DNA from: Fusobacteriota bacterium
GTDB taxonomy: Bacteria; Fusobacteriota; Fusobacteriia; Fusobacteriales; JBNJFI01
DNA: 25,179 bases
NCBI GenBank assembly: GCA_051746725.1
Contig: JBNJFI010000019.1
Coordinates: 3,199 to 28,377, forward strand
Direction: 5' to 3'
The position numbers and the translations under genes are program-made. The first letter of the stretch is position 1. The number at the start of each line of letters is the position of its first letter. Under the pieces are notes generated by a model. The model was given only the letters and a program-made list of their open reading frames with translations, did not search any database and was not told the DNA's origin. Positions 8,933-17,492 of this stretch are shown one piece after another.

Positions 8933-11900
8933 TTATGCTGCTAAAACTTTATTCCCATTTTCTTCATATACGATCACAACACTTTCTTTTATATCCTCAA
9001 TTCTTAATAACCAACTATTTATTTCATCTAGTTCAATTCTATACCCTCTTACCTTTACTTGATTATCCATTCTACCTAGATATTCAATATTTCCATTTTC
9101 TGTTATTAAAGCCAAATCTCCTGTTCTATACATTCTTTCATTATTAATATATTTATTTATAAAAAACTTTTCTTCTGTAAGTTCATCTTTCTTATTATAT
9201 TTTCTCGCCAGACATTCTCCAGAAAAACAAAGTTCACCAGGTATTCCCAGAGCCATAGGCCTTCCATCTTCATCAATTATATAGCTTTTTACATTCGAAA
9301 TAGGTTTTCCAATGAATACATTTTCTGGTCTACTTCTATTTGTAGAGTATGAAGTAACATACATCGTCGTCTCTGTAGGTCCATATAAATTTTCTAAGTT
9401 CACACCATCTATTTTAGTATAGAAATTCTCAATAAGGTCTTTAGTTATTGCCTCCCCTGCCGAAAAAACATATTTTAGATTTCCTACCTCTATTTTTTCA
9501 TCATTATTCAAAGATAACAAGAAAGCATTCAACATAGAAGGGGTAAAGTTTATATGTGTAACTTTTTTGTTTTGTATTACCTTCAGTATTTTTATAGGAT
9601 CTTTTTCATATCCAGGTTTTAAAATTACCAATTTCCCTTTTCCAAAAAACCATCCAAAAATTTCTGACACTGATACATCAAATACAAAGTTTGTTTTTAA
9701 AAGATAAGATCCATTTTCTTTTAAAGGATATTTATTCTCTAAAAATTCTAAAACGTTGATAACACTTTGGTGCTCAACCATAACTCCCTTAGGTCTCCCT
9801 GTTGATCCAGATGTATATATCACATAGATAAGATCTGTTGGCTTATTTTTCTTTTCCAGGTTATCTTCTCTGTCTGCATAACTTTTTTGATCGTCCAACA
9901 TCACAATCTCACCGGAAAAATTACTTGCCTTATCCATGACATCTGATTTAGTAAGTAGTAGCTTTGATTCACTATCTTCTAGCATATACTCTATTCTATC
10001 TTCTGGATACTCAGGATCTATCGGCAGATATGCCCCGCCAGATTTCAGTATAGCAAGTATTCCCACGACCATTTCCAAAGACCTTTCGATCATAATGCCT
10101 ATTATATCATCAGGTTTAACCCCTTTTTTGTGAAGTGTCCATGCCAATCTATTTGCTTTTTTGTTCAACTCATCATATGTCATCTCACTATTTTCAAACA
10201 CAACTGCCACTTTATCTGGATTTTTTCCAACCTGTTTCTCAAATATCTCATGAACTGTTTTATCCTTAGGATAATCTTTTGTAGTATCATTAAAATCATA
10301 TAATATTCTTTTTCTTTCTTTCTCATCCATTATTTCTAGGTTTTTTATTTTAGACTGTGGATTTTGCATAATGTTTTTCAAAAGGTTTACGTAATGTCTT
10401 ACAAATCTTTTCATGGTAGACTCTTCAAATAAACTCTTTGCATAGTCTAAATGAAGTTTTAACTTTTGATTATCCTCTATTATTTCCATACTAAAATCAA
10501 ATAAGGATATCCACTTTTCAAATTCATAATTTTCGAATTCTAAACCTTTAATTTCTATATTTCCAACTATATCTTTTGACATTGCAAATAGTGTATCAAA
10601 AATTGGATTTCTGCTAACATTACGTTCCACTGATACTTTCTCTACTAACCTTTCAAAGGGGTAGTCACTATTTTTAGAACCTTCTAGTGTTAGAGACTTA
10701 ATCTCTTCTAAATAATTTAAAAAACTCTTTTCTTCTCCTGGATTACTCCTTATTGCAAGTGTATTTACAAACACTCCCATCATATCCTGCAAATCAGAAT
10801 GGCTGCGTCCTGATGTAGGAGTTCCCACTATAATATCATCTTGACTTGTATATTTATTTAGTAAAACTTTATAGGCTGCAAACATGAGCATATAAAGAGT
10901 TACACCATTTTTTTCGGAAAAATCCCTAAGATTCTTAGTGAATTCTTCGTCCAAATATTCCCTTATCCTATATCCCTCAAAAGTCTGCTCCGGAGGTCTC
11001 TGCTTGTCAGTTGGCATATTTAATACTGGAAGTTCCCCTTGGAATTGACTCAACCAATAACTTTCCTGTTTTTTATACTCCTCAGTTTCAAAAAAGTTTC
11101 TCTGCCATATTGTAAAATCTTTATACTGTATTCTCATCTTAGGAAGCTTTTTCCCTAGATATAACTCATTTAATTCCTTAATAAATAGTCTTATCGATGC
11201 ACCATCTGTTATTATGTGGTGCATATCAAAAAGTAGCAAACTCCTGTTATCATGATACTCTAAAATTTCTACCCGAAAGAGAGGCGGTTTTTCTAGATCA
11301 AATGGTTTTATAAAATCCTCCGCTATCATCTCTACAGGTAATAAGTCAACTTTTTTGCTCATTATATTAATGTAAATATCATCATATACTTTTTGGTAAA
11401 ATTTACCGTCTAAAAATTCAAATCCTGTTCTAAGAGCTTCATGCCTATTTACTATGGTATGTAATGTTTTATATAATTTCCTTTTATTCATCTTTCCTTT
11501 TACCAATAGAATAAAGGGGTTATTATATGCTACCTTAGATGTATCAAACTTATTTAAAATAAACATCCTTTTTTGTGCATCTGACATTGGATAATAATCT
11601 CTTTCTTCGTATACAGGGATCTCTCGAAATTCTTTTTTATGAGATTCTTCTATGTATTTTTCTATTTTTTTTATAGTATTTAATTCAAAAAGATCACCTA
11701 TAGGAATATCTACATCAAAATATTTATGTATTTCAGATGCCATATATAAAATATTTAAAGAATCTCCCCCTAATTCAAAAAAGTTATCATCCATATAGAT
11801 CTTATCTTTTTGTAAAAGATCCTGCCAGATATGTAGTATTACTTTCTCAGTATAATTTTGGGGACCTTTATAATCTTTATCTCTTATCTTAGCATCTACC

Positions 11901-13588
11901 ATCTCATGCATCTCTTTTATAATATCATCATATTTTCCATCTAAATACTCATTTTTAAGTTTGAACCTCTGCACTTTTCCACTTGTTGTTTTGGGCATTA
12001 TCCTTGCAGGTATTATCTCTTTTATTTTCAGGCCAGTGTGTAGATTTATATGTTTTCTAAGTTTAGTTTTTAATTCTATAAACTCTGATAACTTCCTTTT
12101 ATATTTTATAAAAACTATAATATCTTCCTCTTCTTTATCTTTGTTATAGGCTCCAGATACAGCTATATTCCCTAGCTCAATTTCAGGAACTCCCTGGGCT
12201 ACTCTCTCTATATCATGGGCATAGTAGTTTTGACCATTGACAAATATTACATCTTTTTCTCTACCTGTTATACAAAGTGATTCATTCCGGACAAATCCCA
12301 AATCCCCTGTGTAAAGCCATTGATCATGGCTAAAAACTCTACTTGTAGCTTCTTTGTTTCGATAATAACCCCACATGACATTACCACCGCGAATCTGAAT
12401 ATGACCTACGATATCCTCGGGTAAAACCTCATTCTCATCATCAACTATTCGAAGCTCTGTACCTTCTATAGATTTTCCCACATCTACAAAGGACATAAGT
12501 CTAGGATCATTATCTGAAACTTCCTGAATTTTATCACCTACCCCCAATTTATTTCTATTTAAATTATAGGTAATTAGTTCATTATTTGGCTCAGTAAGAG
12601 ATACTACGACACAGGCCTCTGCCAATCCATATGCTGGAAACATAGTTTTCTTTTTAAGTCCATATTTTTTCATTTTATCAATAAATTTATGACACAATTT
12701 TGCAGATATAGGTTCTGCTCCATTATATATAAGTCTCACACATGATAGATCCCAATTTTTAGCTCTCTTGGATTTAAAATATTTCATGAAGTATTTATAT
12801 CCGAAGTTAGGTGATGAAAGAAGAGTAGCTCTATATTCATTTGCTTTTTCTAGCCAAAGTATCGGCCTTCTTACAAATGTACTGGTTTTTATTATATATT
12901 GCTGTATTCCTGCAAGTGTTGCAGTAAGATGGAGCATTATAAGTCCCATATCATGGGTTAAAGGCATCCAACTAAGCTGTTTATCATGAGGACGAATTCC
13001 AACTCCCTTGGCTATTCCCTTTATATTTGTAATTAAATTTTTATGGAGTAATACTGCTCCCTTTGGATCTCCTGTAGATCCTGATGAAAACTGAATAAAT
13101 CCTATCTTCATATCATAATAATCAAATATTTCTCCCTGTTTATCTCCATTGCATTCAGATAGAAATAATGTATTTTTTTTCATACTAGAGATAAGTTTTT
13201 CCTTGCCATTTTCCTTGCCAAACTTTTCCATCTTCTCCATTACAGATTTTTTAGTCAAAAGATATGGATTTCTCAAAGTATTCCATATTTTTATAAGTTT
13301 AATCCTTTCCTCGTCATTGGCACCTACTTTTACAGGAACAGGTATAATCCCTCCAAGTATACATCCCCAAAATGCAATTAAAAATGATTTATTATCATCA
13401 ACTTGAAATACCAGTTCATCATTTGGAACCATTCCTTTGGTTCTTAATATATGTATAAATTTAAGAGCTTCCTTATACAGTTCATGATAGGATAAAAAAT
13501 CATCTTTTCCTCCTCCTATGAAAGTTATTCCTTTCTTTCTTTCATCTTTAAGGTTTTTTAATACCTCAATTAAATTTTTTGGATTCAC
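8933..13588 (-). CDS. 5' fragment of the NRPS: MycA/ItuA-like acyl ligase, ACP, condensation domain, most of an A domain
   Basis: GTG start with AAGGAG RBS (13594-13599); FIQFSSGSTGDPKG, SWMPLTHDMGLI, AYGLAEA, YTGD; FFELGGDSL; MHHIITDG; YVIYTSGSTGRPKG, YGPTETT, YRTGD. Confidence 0.85.
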   Translation of the reverse strand: MNPKNLIEVLKNLKDERKKGITFIGGGKDDFLSYHELYKEALKFIHILRTKGMVPNDELVFQVDDNKSFLIAFWGCILGGIIPVPVKVGANDEERIKLIKIWNTLRNPYLLTKKSVMEKMEKFGKENGKEKLISSMKKNTLFLSECNGDKQGEIFDYYDMKIGFIQFSSGSTGDPKGAVLLHKNLITNIKGIAKGVGIRPHDKQLSWMPLTHDMGLIMLHLTATLAGIQQYIIKTSTFVRRPILWLEKANEYRATLLSSPNFGYKYFMKYFKSKRAKNWDLSCVRLIYNGAEPISAKLCHKFIDKMKKYGLKKKTMFPAYGLAEACVVVSLTEPNNELITYNLNRNKLGVGDKIQEVSDNDPRLMSFVDVGKSIEGTELRIVDDENEVLPEDIVGHIQIRGGNVMWGYYRNKEATSRVFSHDQWLYTGDLGFVRNESLCITGREKDVIFVNGQNYYAHDIERVAQGVPEIELGNIAVSGAYNKDKEEEDIIVFIKYKRKLSEFIELKTKLRKHINLHTGLKIKEIIPARIMPKTTSGKVQRFKLKNEYLDGKYDDIIKEMHEMVDAKIRDKDYKGPQNYTEKVILHIWQDLLQKDKIYMDDNFFELGGDSLNILYMASEIHKYFDVDIPIGDLFELNTIKKIEKYIEESHKKEFREIPVYEERDYYPMSDAQKRMFILNKFDTSKVAYNNPFILLVKGKMNKRKLYKTLHTIVNRHEALRTGFEFLDGKFYQKVYDDIYINIMSKKVDLLPVEMIAEDFIKPFDLEKPPLFRVEILEYHDNRSLLLFDMHHIITDGASIRLFIKELNELYLGKKLPKMRIQYKDFTIWQRNFFETEEYKKQESYWLSQFQGELPVLNMPTDKQRPPEQTFEGYRIREYLDEEFTKNLRDFSEKNGVTLYMLMFAAYKVLLNKYTSQDDIIVGTPTSGRSHSDLQDMMGVFVNTLAIRSNPGEEKSFLNYLEEIKSLTLEGSKNSDYPFERLVEKVSVERNVSRNPIFDTLFAMSKDIVGNIEIKGLEFENYEFEKWISLFDFSMEIIEDNQKLKLHLDYAKSLFEESTMKRFVRHYVNLLKNIMQNPQSKIKNLEIMDEKERKRILYDFNDTTKDYPKDKTVHEIFEKQVGKNPDKVAVVFENSEMTYDELNKKANRLAWTLHKKGVKPDDIIGIMIERSLEMVVGILAILKSGGAYLPIDPEYPEDRIEYMLEDSESKLLLTKSDVMDKASNFSGEIVMLDDQKSYADREDNLEKKNKPTDLIYVIYTSGSTGRPKGVMVEHQSVINVLEFLENKYPLKENGSYLLKTNFVFDVSVSEIFGWFFGKGKLVILKPGYEKDPIKILKVIQNKKVTHINFTPSMLNAFLLSLNNDEKIEVGNLKYVFSAGEAITKDLIENFYTKIDGVNLENLYGPTETTMYVTSYSTNRSRPENVFIGKPISNVKSYIIDEDGRPMALGIPGELCFSGECLARKYNKKDELTEEKFFINKYINNERMYRTGDLALITENGNIEYLGRMDNQVKVRGYRIELDEINSWLLRIEDIKESVVIVYEENGNKVLAA

Positions 13589-13660
13589 AATTACTCCTTT
13601 TTAGTCTTCTGTTAAAATTTCCTAAAAATTAAGATCCAATCAATTTCCGCCATTTAACTA

Positions 13661-13690
13661 ATTATACTTTATTAGTTATATATTTGTCAA
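13661..13690 (-). promoter_or_regulatory. Consensus sigma70 promoter for the NRPS operon
   Basis: TTGACA (13690-13685) - 18 nt - TATAAT (13666-13661), about 70 nt upstream of the GTG start. Confidence 0.75.
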
Positions 13691-13738
13691 TTAAAATTCC
13701 CCTTCAATTTATTAAAATATTTATAAATGATTTAATAT

Positions 13739-13774
13739 AAAAAGGCAACCACTTTTTTGAAAAGCAGTTGCCTT
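13739..13774 (-). terminator. Rho-independent terminator after the outer-membrane protein gene
   Basis: Minus strand AAGGCAACTGCTTTT-CAA-AAAAGTGGTTGCCTT followed by TTT; two G-U wobbles pair only in the minus-strand RNA. Confidence 0.75.
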
Positions 13775-13806
13775 AATTTCAATTATATTCCATTTTATAA
13801 ATTTTA

Positions 13807-14433
13807 TTACATCTCTATTTTATATCCTATATTAAACCCCACTTTGCTATACTTTTCTTCTAATTCAAAATAATAGGTACCTTCGGAATATTCAAAGTTA
13901 ATCGAAGAAACATCATAAACTAAACTACAAATTAAATCTCTATATTCTACTCCTACACCAACACCGTAATATATGCCTCCAGTGTGATTTTCTTCTGATT
14001 CTTCTTCTGCCCTCTCTCTATTTTCTCCATTTACAAATATAAGATTGTATCCTCCTCTTCCGATTAGATATGGCTTAAACTCTTCATTTTTCATTACAAA
14101 ATTATATCTTCCCATTAAATAAATAGGAAGTGTACTTAGTCCAGATTTCTTTTTTTCATCTTCATTTTCAGGATTTATTCTTTTGATTTCAGTTTCATAC
14201 TTTCCACCTAATCCTAGATCAAAATTTGGAGCTATCTCTTCTAAAAATTCTCCTCCCAAAGAAAATCCCGACGTAGTATCAGAATCCGGAATTTCTTCTT
14301 CATTAATAGGATTTGAGTTGACTTCTATATCCCATTTTCCAAATGTATTTAGAGATCCATAAAAAATTAGGTCTGCTCCCATTACATTTATAAATAAGTT
14401 TAACCCTATTGCCACCATTATTATTTTCTTCAT
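13807..14433 (-). CDS. Small outer-membrane beta-barrel protein (OmpA-transmembrane/OMP_b-brl-like, 208 aa)
   Basis: Signal peptide; strands LPIYLMGRYNF, KPYLIGRGGYN, GGIYYGVGVGVEY; C-terminal VGFNIGYKI; RBS AGGAGG. Confidence 0.8.
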   Translation of the reverse strand: MKKIIMVAIGLNLFINVMGADLIFYGSLNTFGKWDIEVNSNPINEEEIPDSDTTSGFSLGGEFLEEIAPNFDLGLGGKYETEIKRINPENEDEKKKSGLSTLPIYLMGRYNFVMKNEEFKPYLIGRGGYNLIFVNGENRERAEEESEENHTGGIYYGVGVGVEYRDLICSLVYDVSSINFEYSEGTYYFELEEKYSKVGFNIGYKIEM

Positions 14434-14458
14434 TAATCCTCCTAGAATTTTATTTTTT

Positions 14459-15787
14459 TTATTTTAAAAGCTCATCTGCTGGTTCAAATGCTATTGTGTG
14501 GGATCCAAATGTATAACCTATACCATCAAATACCACAGCATTATCAAACCCGTATTCTCCACCTTTTCTTTCAAATCCTCCTAAAAGATCTCCAGTCTTG
14601 GCATCAAAGGCATATAATCCATACCACGGAACATACATTACTCCATTGTATACAGCTGGACTTGCAGATAGGCTATATCCCATACTCTTTATCCAAACCG
14701 CTTCTCCTGTTTTTGCATCTACACATACAATATTTCCTTCTCCTGTCTTTAAGTCTATTTTGTCATCAAGATTAATATCATGATATGAAGACAAATAATA
14801 TAGCTTTTCTTCATAATATATCACTTCTCCACAAGGTGATGGAAACTTTATATCTGCCGGATTATCTTTATCTTTAAATCTATTTAAAGCTTCCCATCTT
14901 ATCTCTCCGGTATTCTTGTCCAAGCAGACAAGTCCACTACTTGGAAATATTAATCTATTGTCCTTTATTATTATTTTTCCATCTGATACATTAGGATATG
15001 AAGGATAATATTCATAGTCCTCATCTCCATAACCTCTATCTGTTGTGTAACCTTTTTCTATTGTTGTCCTCCATTTTTCTGTCCAACTTTCTATGTCCAG
15101 CCCTACAATCTGCATCTCTATGTCTTCTCTATATTTTGAAGGTATCCCAAAATATACTACACCTTCACTTACTGCTACAGGGCTATAGTTAGATACATCT
15201 GGAACAATTTCTATTCTATGTCTTCTCAAAATATCTTTTTTTTCTGTATTCCACTCAATCAGCTCCAATACTCTTTTTCCATTGAGCATTCTTCTCTTTA
15301 TAAAATAAAGATTCTCATTTGAATATCCAGGTTGACTTCCCATCATAATATTATCAGGAAAATCTCCCTCTTCTTCTATATCAGATACACTAATTATTTC
15401 TCCAGTTTTAGCATTAAGTTCTATAATATTTATATCTCCTAAAATCCATATCTTATCTCCAACCAATTTAAAACCAGAACTATTATTGCCTGAAAATTTC
15501 ACTTTCCATTTAATATTACCCTTATCATCAAATGACATTATTTTATCAGTTCCTGCAGTTATTACACTATCAAGATATTTTATTACTCCTGTATCTCCGC
15601 CTCTTACTGATTCAAATTTGTCTTTTTCCCACATTACATTCAATCTAGGTGTATCCTTTTTTAAATGAACATACTCCGTTTCTCTAGTTTTATAAGTATT
15701 CTCCATTTCCTCATCGTCTATAAATATATCTAAAAAACAACCTGTAAATATTAATACAACAAAAATTAATAAAATACTTTTTTTCAT
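14459..15787 (-). CDS. Lipoprotein with PQQ-like beta-propeller repeats (BamB-like fold)
   Basis: Lipobox IFTG-C; repeats GNIKW, LNAKTGE, CLDKNTGEIRW, CVDAKTGEAVW, AFDAKTGD, SPAVYNGVMY; RBS GGAGGAG. Confidence 0.8.
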   Translation of the reverse strand: MKKSILLIFVVLIFTGCFLDIFIDDEEMENTYKTRETEYVHLKKDTPRLNVMWEKDKFESVRGGDTGVIKYLDSVITAGTDKIMSFDDKGNIKWKVKFSGNNSSGFKLVGDKIWILGDINIIELNAKTGEIISVSDIEEEGDFPDNIMMGSQPGYSNENLYFIKRRMLNGKRVLELIEWNTEKKDILRRHRIEIVPDVSNYSPVAVSEGVVYFGIPSKYREDIEMQIVGLDIESWTEKWRTTIEKGYTTDRGYGDEDYEYYPSYPNVSDGKIIIKDNRLIFPSSGLVCLDKNTGEIRWEALNRFKDKDNPADIKFPSPCGEVIYYEEKLYYLSSYHDINLDDKIDLKTGEGNIVCVDAKTGEAVWIKSMGYSLSASPAVYNGVMYVPWYGLYAFDAKTGDLLGGFERKGGEYGFDNAVVFDGIGYTFGSHTIAFEPADELLK

Positions 15788-15871
15788 TTTAACTCCTCCA
15801 TATTTTTATTAGTTAATTAAAAAACTATAGCCTTTCATTTGATTTATTTCCCTATTTATTAGTCTCTTTTA

Positions 15872-17215
15872 CTATTTAATTTCTATCTCTTTTCTTAAAT
15901 AAGTTGGAAGTATATTTAATTTTTCTCTATAATTTCCAATACTTCTCTTGGATATTTTTATTCCTATATTATTTAAGGAATTTGATATTTCTCTATCTGT
16001 CATAGGATGAAAAGGATTTTCATTCTTTATCATTTCTATAATCATATACTCAACTGCTTTTTTAGATATTCCACTCCCATCTTCTGTCTTTACTTTTCTA
16101 GAAAAGAAAAAAGATATTTCATATATTCCTTGGGGTGTTTCAATATATTTACCATTTGAAGCTCTACTTATAGTTGATTTATTTAAATTAAGATCCTGCC
16201 CTACTTGAGACATATTTAAAGGCATAAGATATTTTATTCCTTCTTCAAAAAAATCCCTTTGATATTTTATAATAGTTTTTATTATTCTATATATTGTAAT
16301 CTCTCTTTGTTGAATTCCAAATATAATCCCCTTAGAATCCATGGCTTTTTTCTTCAAATATTCTAGAGCTTCTTCATCTTTGCTTAATTTTTCATAATAA
16401 TCTCTATCAAAACTAACCTTAGGAAGGATTTTTTCTGATTTATCTATTATATAATTATCTCCTGATTTTTTTATAGATAATTCTGGAACGATAGGAATTG
16501 CTTTATTTTGAGATATACCATGAAATGGAAATGGTTTTATATCTTTAATTGTTTTATAAACTTTTTTTAGATCCGAATTTTTAAGATCGAATCTTTTTTT
16601 CAGCATATTAAAGTCTTTTTTCATAAATTCTTCAAAATTTTTTGATAAAATCTCATATATCTTATTTTGAAAAGACCCGTTTTCAATCTTGAATTCTTCT
16701 GTTATATATTCATGAAAATCTAAACTTCCAACTCCTTTAGGATTTAATTTCATGATTTTTTTTCTAACTCCATCTATTTTAGTTTTATTGATATTCTTTC
16801 CTGTATCTCTTTTTATAATATCTTCAAGATTTTCAATATTGATCTTAAGATATCCCTTACTATTTAGATTTCCAACTATATATTCTGAAATCAAAATCTC
16901 GGTTTCATCCTTCAAATTTAATCTCAAATTTTGTAAAAAGTTCTCTTTTAAGCTAATTTTATTTTCAGCTGATTTTGAAATAATATCAAAAACTGAAGTT
17001 TTTTTAGAATTTCGTTTGAAATTTTCTGAAAAATCATTTTTATTATAGATATCTTCCTCTTCTAATTTTAATAATATATTTTCCTGTGCCTGTTGATATA
17101 TATATTTCCTCAAATCCAAGGTATTCATTTTTAATATTCTTAAACTTTGTTTCATCTTAGATGATAAACTTATTTTATTGGTTATTTTCATCTTTGAGTT
17201 TTGTTTTAATTTTAT
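15872..17215 (-). CDS. rpoN: RNA polymerase sigma-54 factor, divergent
   Basis: Region I-like MKQSLRILKMNTLDL...QENILL; YIVGNLNSKGYL; PKGVGS; HTH LNMSQVGQDLNLNKSTISRASNGKYIETPQG; ENPFHPMTDREI; RpoN-box-like SKRSIGNYREKLNI. Start uncertain: TTG 17257, ATA 17215 (best RBS) or ATG 17191. Confidence 0.88.
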   Translation of the reverse strand: MKLKQNSKMKITNKISLSSKMKQSLRILKMNTLDLRKYIYQQAQENILLKLEEEDIYNKNDFSENFKRNSKKTSVFDIISKSAENKISLKENFLQNLRLNLKDETEILISEYIVGNLNSKGYLKINIENLEDIIKRDTGKNINKTKIDGVRKKIMKLNPKGVGSLDFHEYITEEFKIENGSFQNKIYEILSKNFEEFMKKDFNMLKKRFDLKNSDLKKVYKTIKDIKPFPFHGISQNKAIPIVPELSIKKSGDNYIIDKSEKILPKVSFDRDYYEKLSKDEEALEYLKKKAMDSKGIIFGIQQREITIYRIIKTIIKYQRDFFEEGIKYLMPLNMSQVGQDLNLNKSTISRASNGKYIETPQGIYEISFFFSRKVKTEDGSGISKKAVEYMIIEMIKNENPFHPMTDREISNSLNNIGIKISKRSIGNYREKLNILPTYLRKEIEIK

Positions 17216-17261
17216 ATTAATCACCTCTACTTTTATTATAAAATTTTTTGCACTCAAATCA

Positions 17262-17270
17262 ATTATAACA
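17262..17270 (-). promoter_or_regulatory. Possible extended -10 promoter for rpoN
   Basis: TGTTATAAT (TGnTATAAT) about 45 nt upstream of the proposed start, downstream of the amylase terminator. Confidence 0.4.
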
Positions 17271-17363
17271 TTTTTATTTGAATTTATCTATAAAATCTCC
17301 CCTTATATCTAAATTATTCATTCAAAATTAATAATTTCGGATTTTCTTTTTTGAGTTTTCATA

Positions 17364-17407
17364 AAAAAACTAAGGCCTTTTTCTGTTAAAAGAGGCCTTA
17401 GTTTTTT
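17364..17407 (-). terminator. Rho-independent terminator after the amylase gene
   Basis: AAAAAACTAAGGCCT...AGGCCTTAGTTTTTT inverted repeat with T runs on both strands. Confidence 0.8.
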
Positions 17408-17492
17408 ATTTTTATTTTTTTTTAAATTTCTTTTAAAGCATATTATACTTAAAGTTTATATTAACTTTTCAAATTCTTTAATTATTAGAGGT

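Larger units (their letters stand above)
7151..13588 (-). pseudogene. Lipopeptide NRPS (acyl ligase-ACP-C-A-PCP-E, about 2145 codons) split by one in-frame TAA
   Basis: ORFs 8933-13588 and 7151-8887 share a frame and read through as KVLAA*YTAPIVKNSEEIKDFLKKELPSYMIPS, a continuous A-domain C-terminal subdomain. Confidence 0.85.

Noticed and set aside
8933..8935. Stop-codon reassignment or programmed readthrough of TAA
   Set aside because: Most genes in the window end at TAA at natural C-termini, and only one internal TAA was seen; a nonsense mutation or sequencing error is simpler.
14459..15787. Calling the propeller lipoprotein bamB or a PQQ dehydrogenase
   Set aside because: Only generic repeats are recognisable, without bam/der gene context or dehydrogenase motifs.
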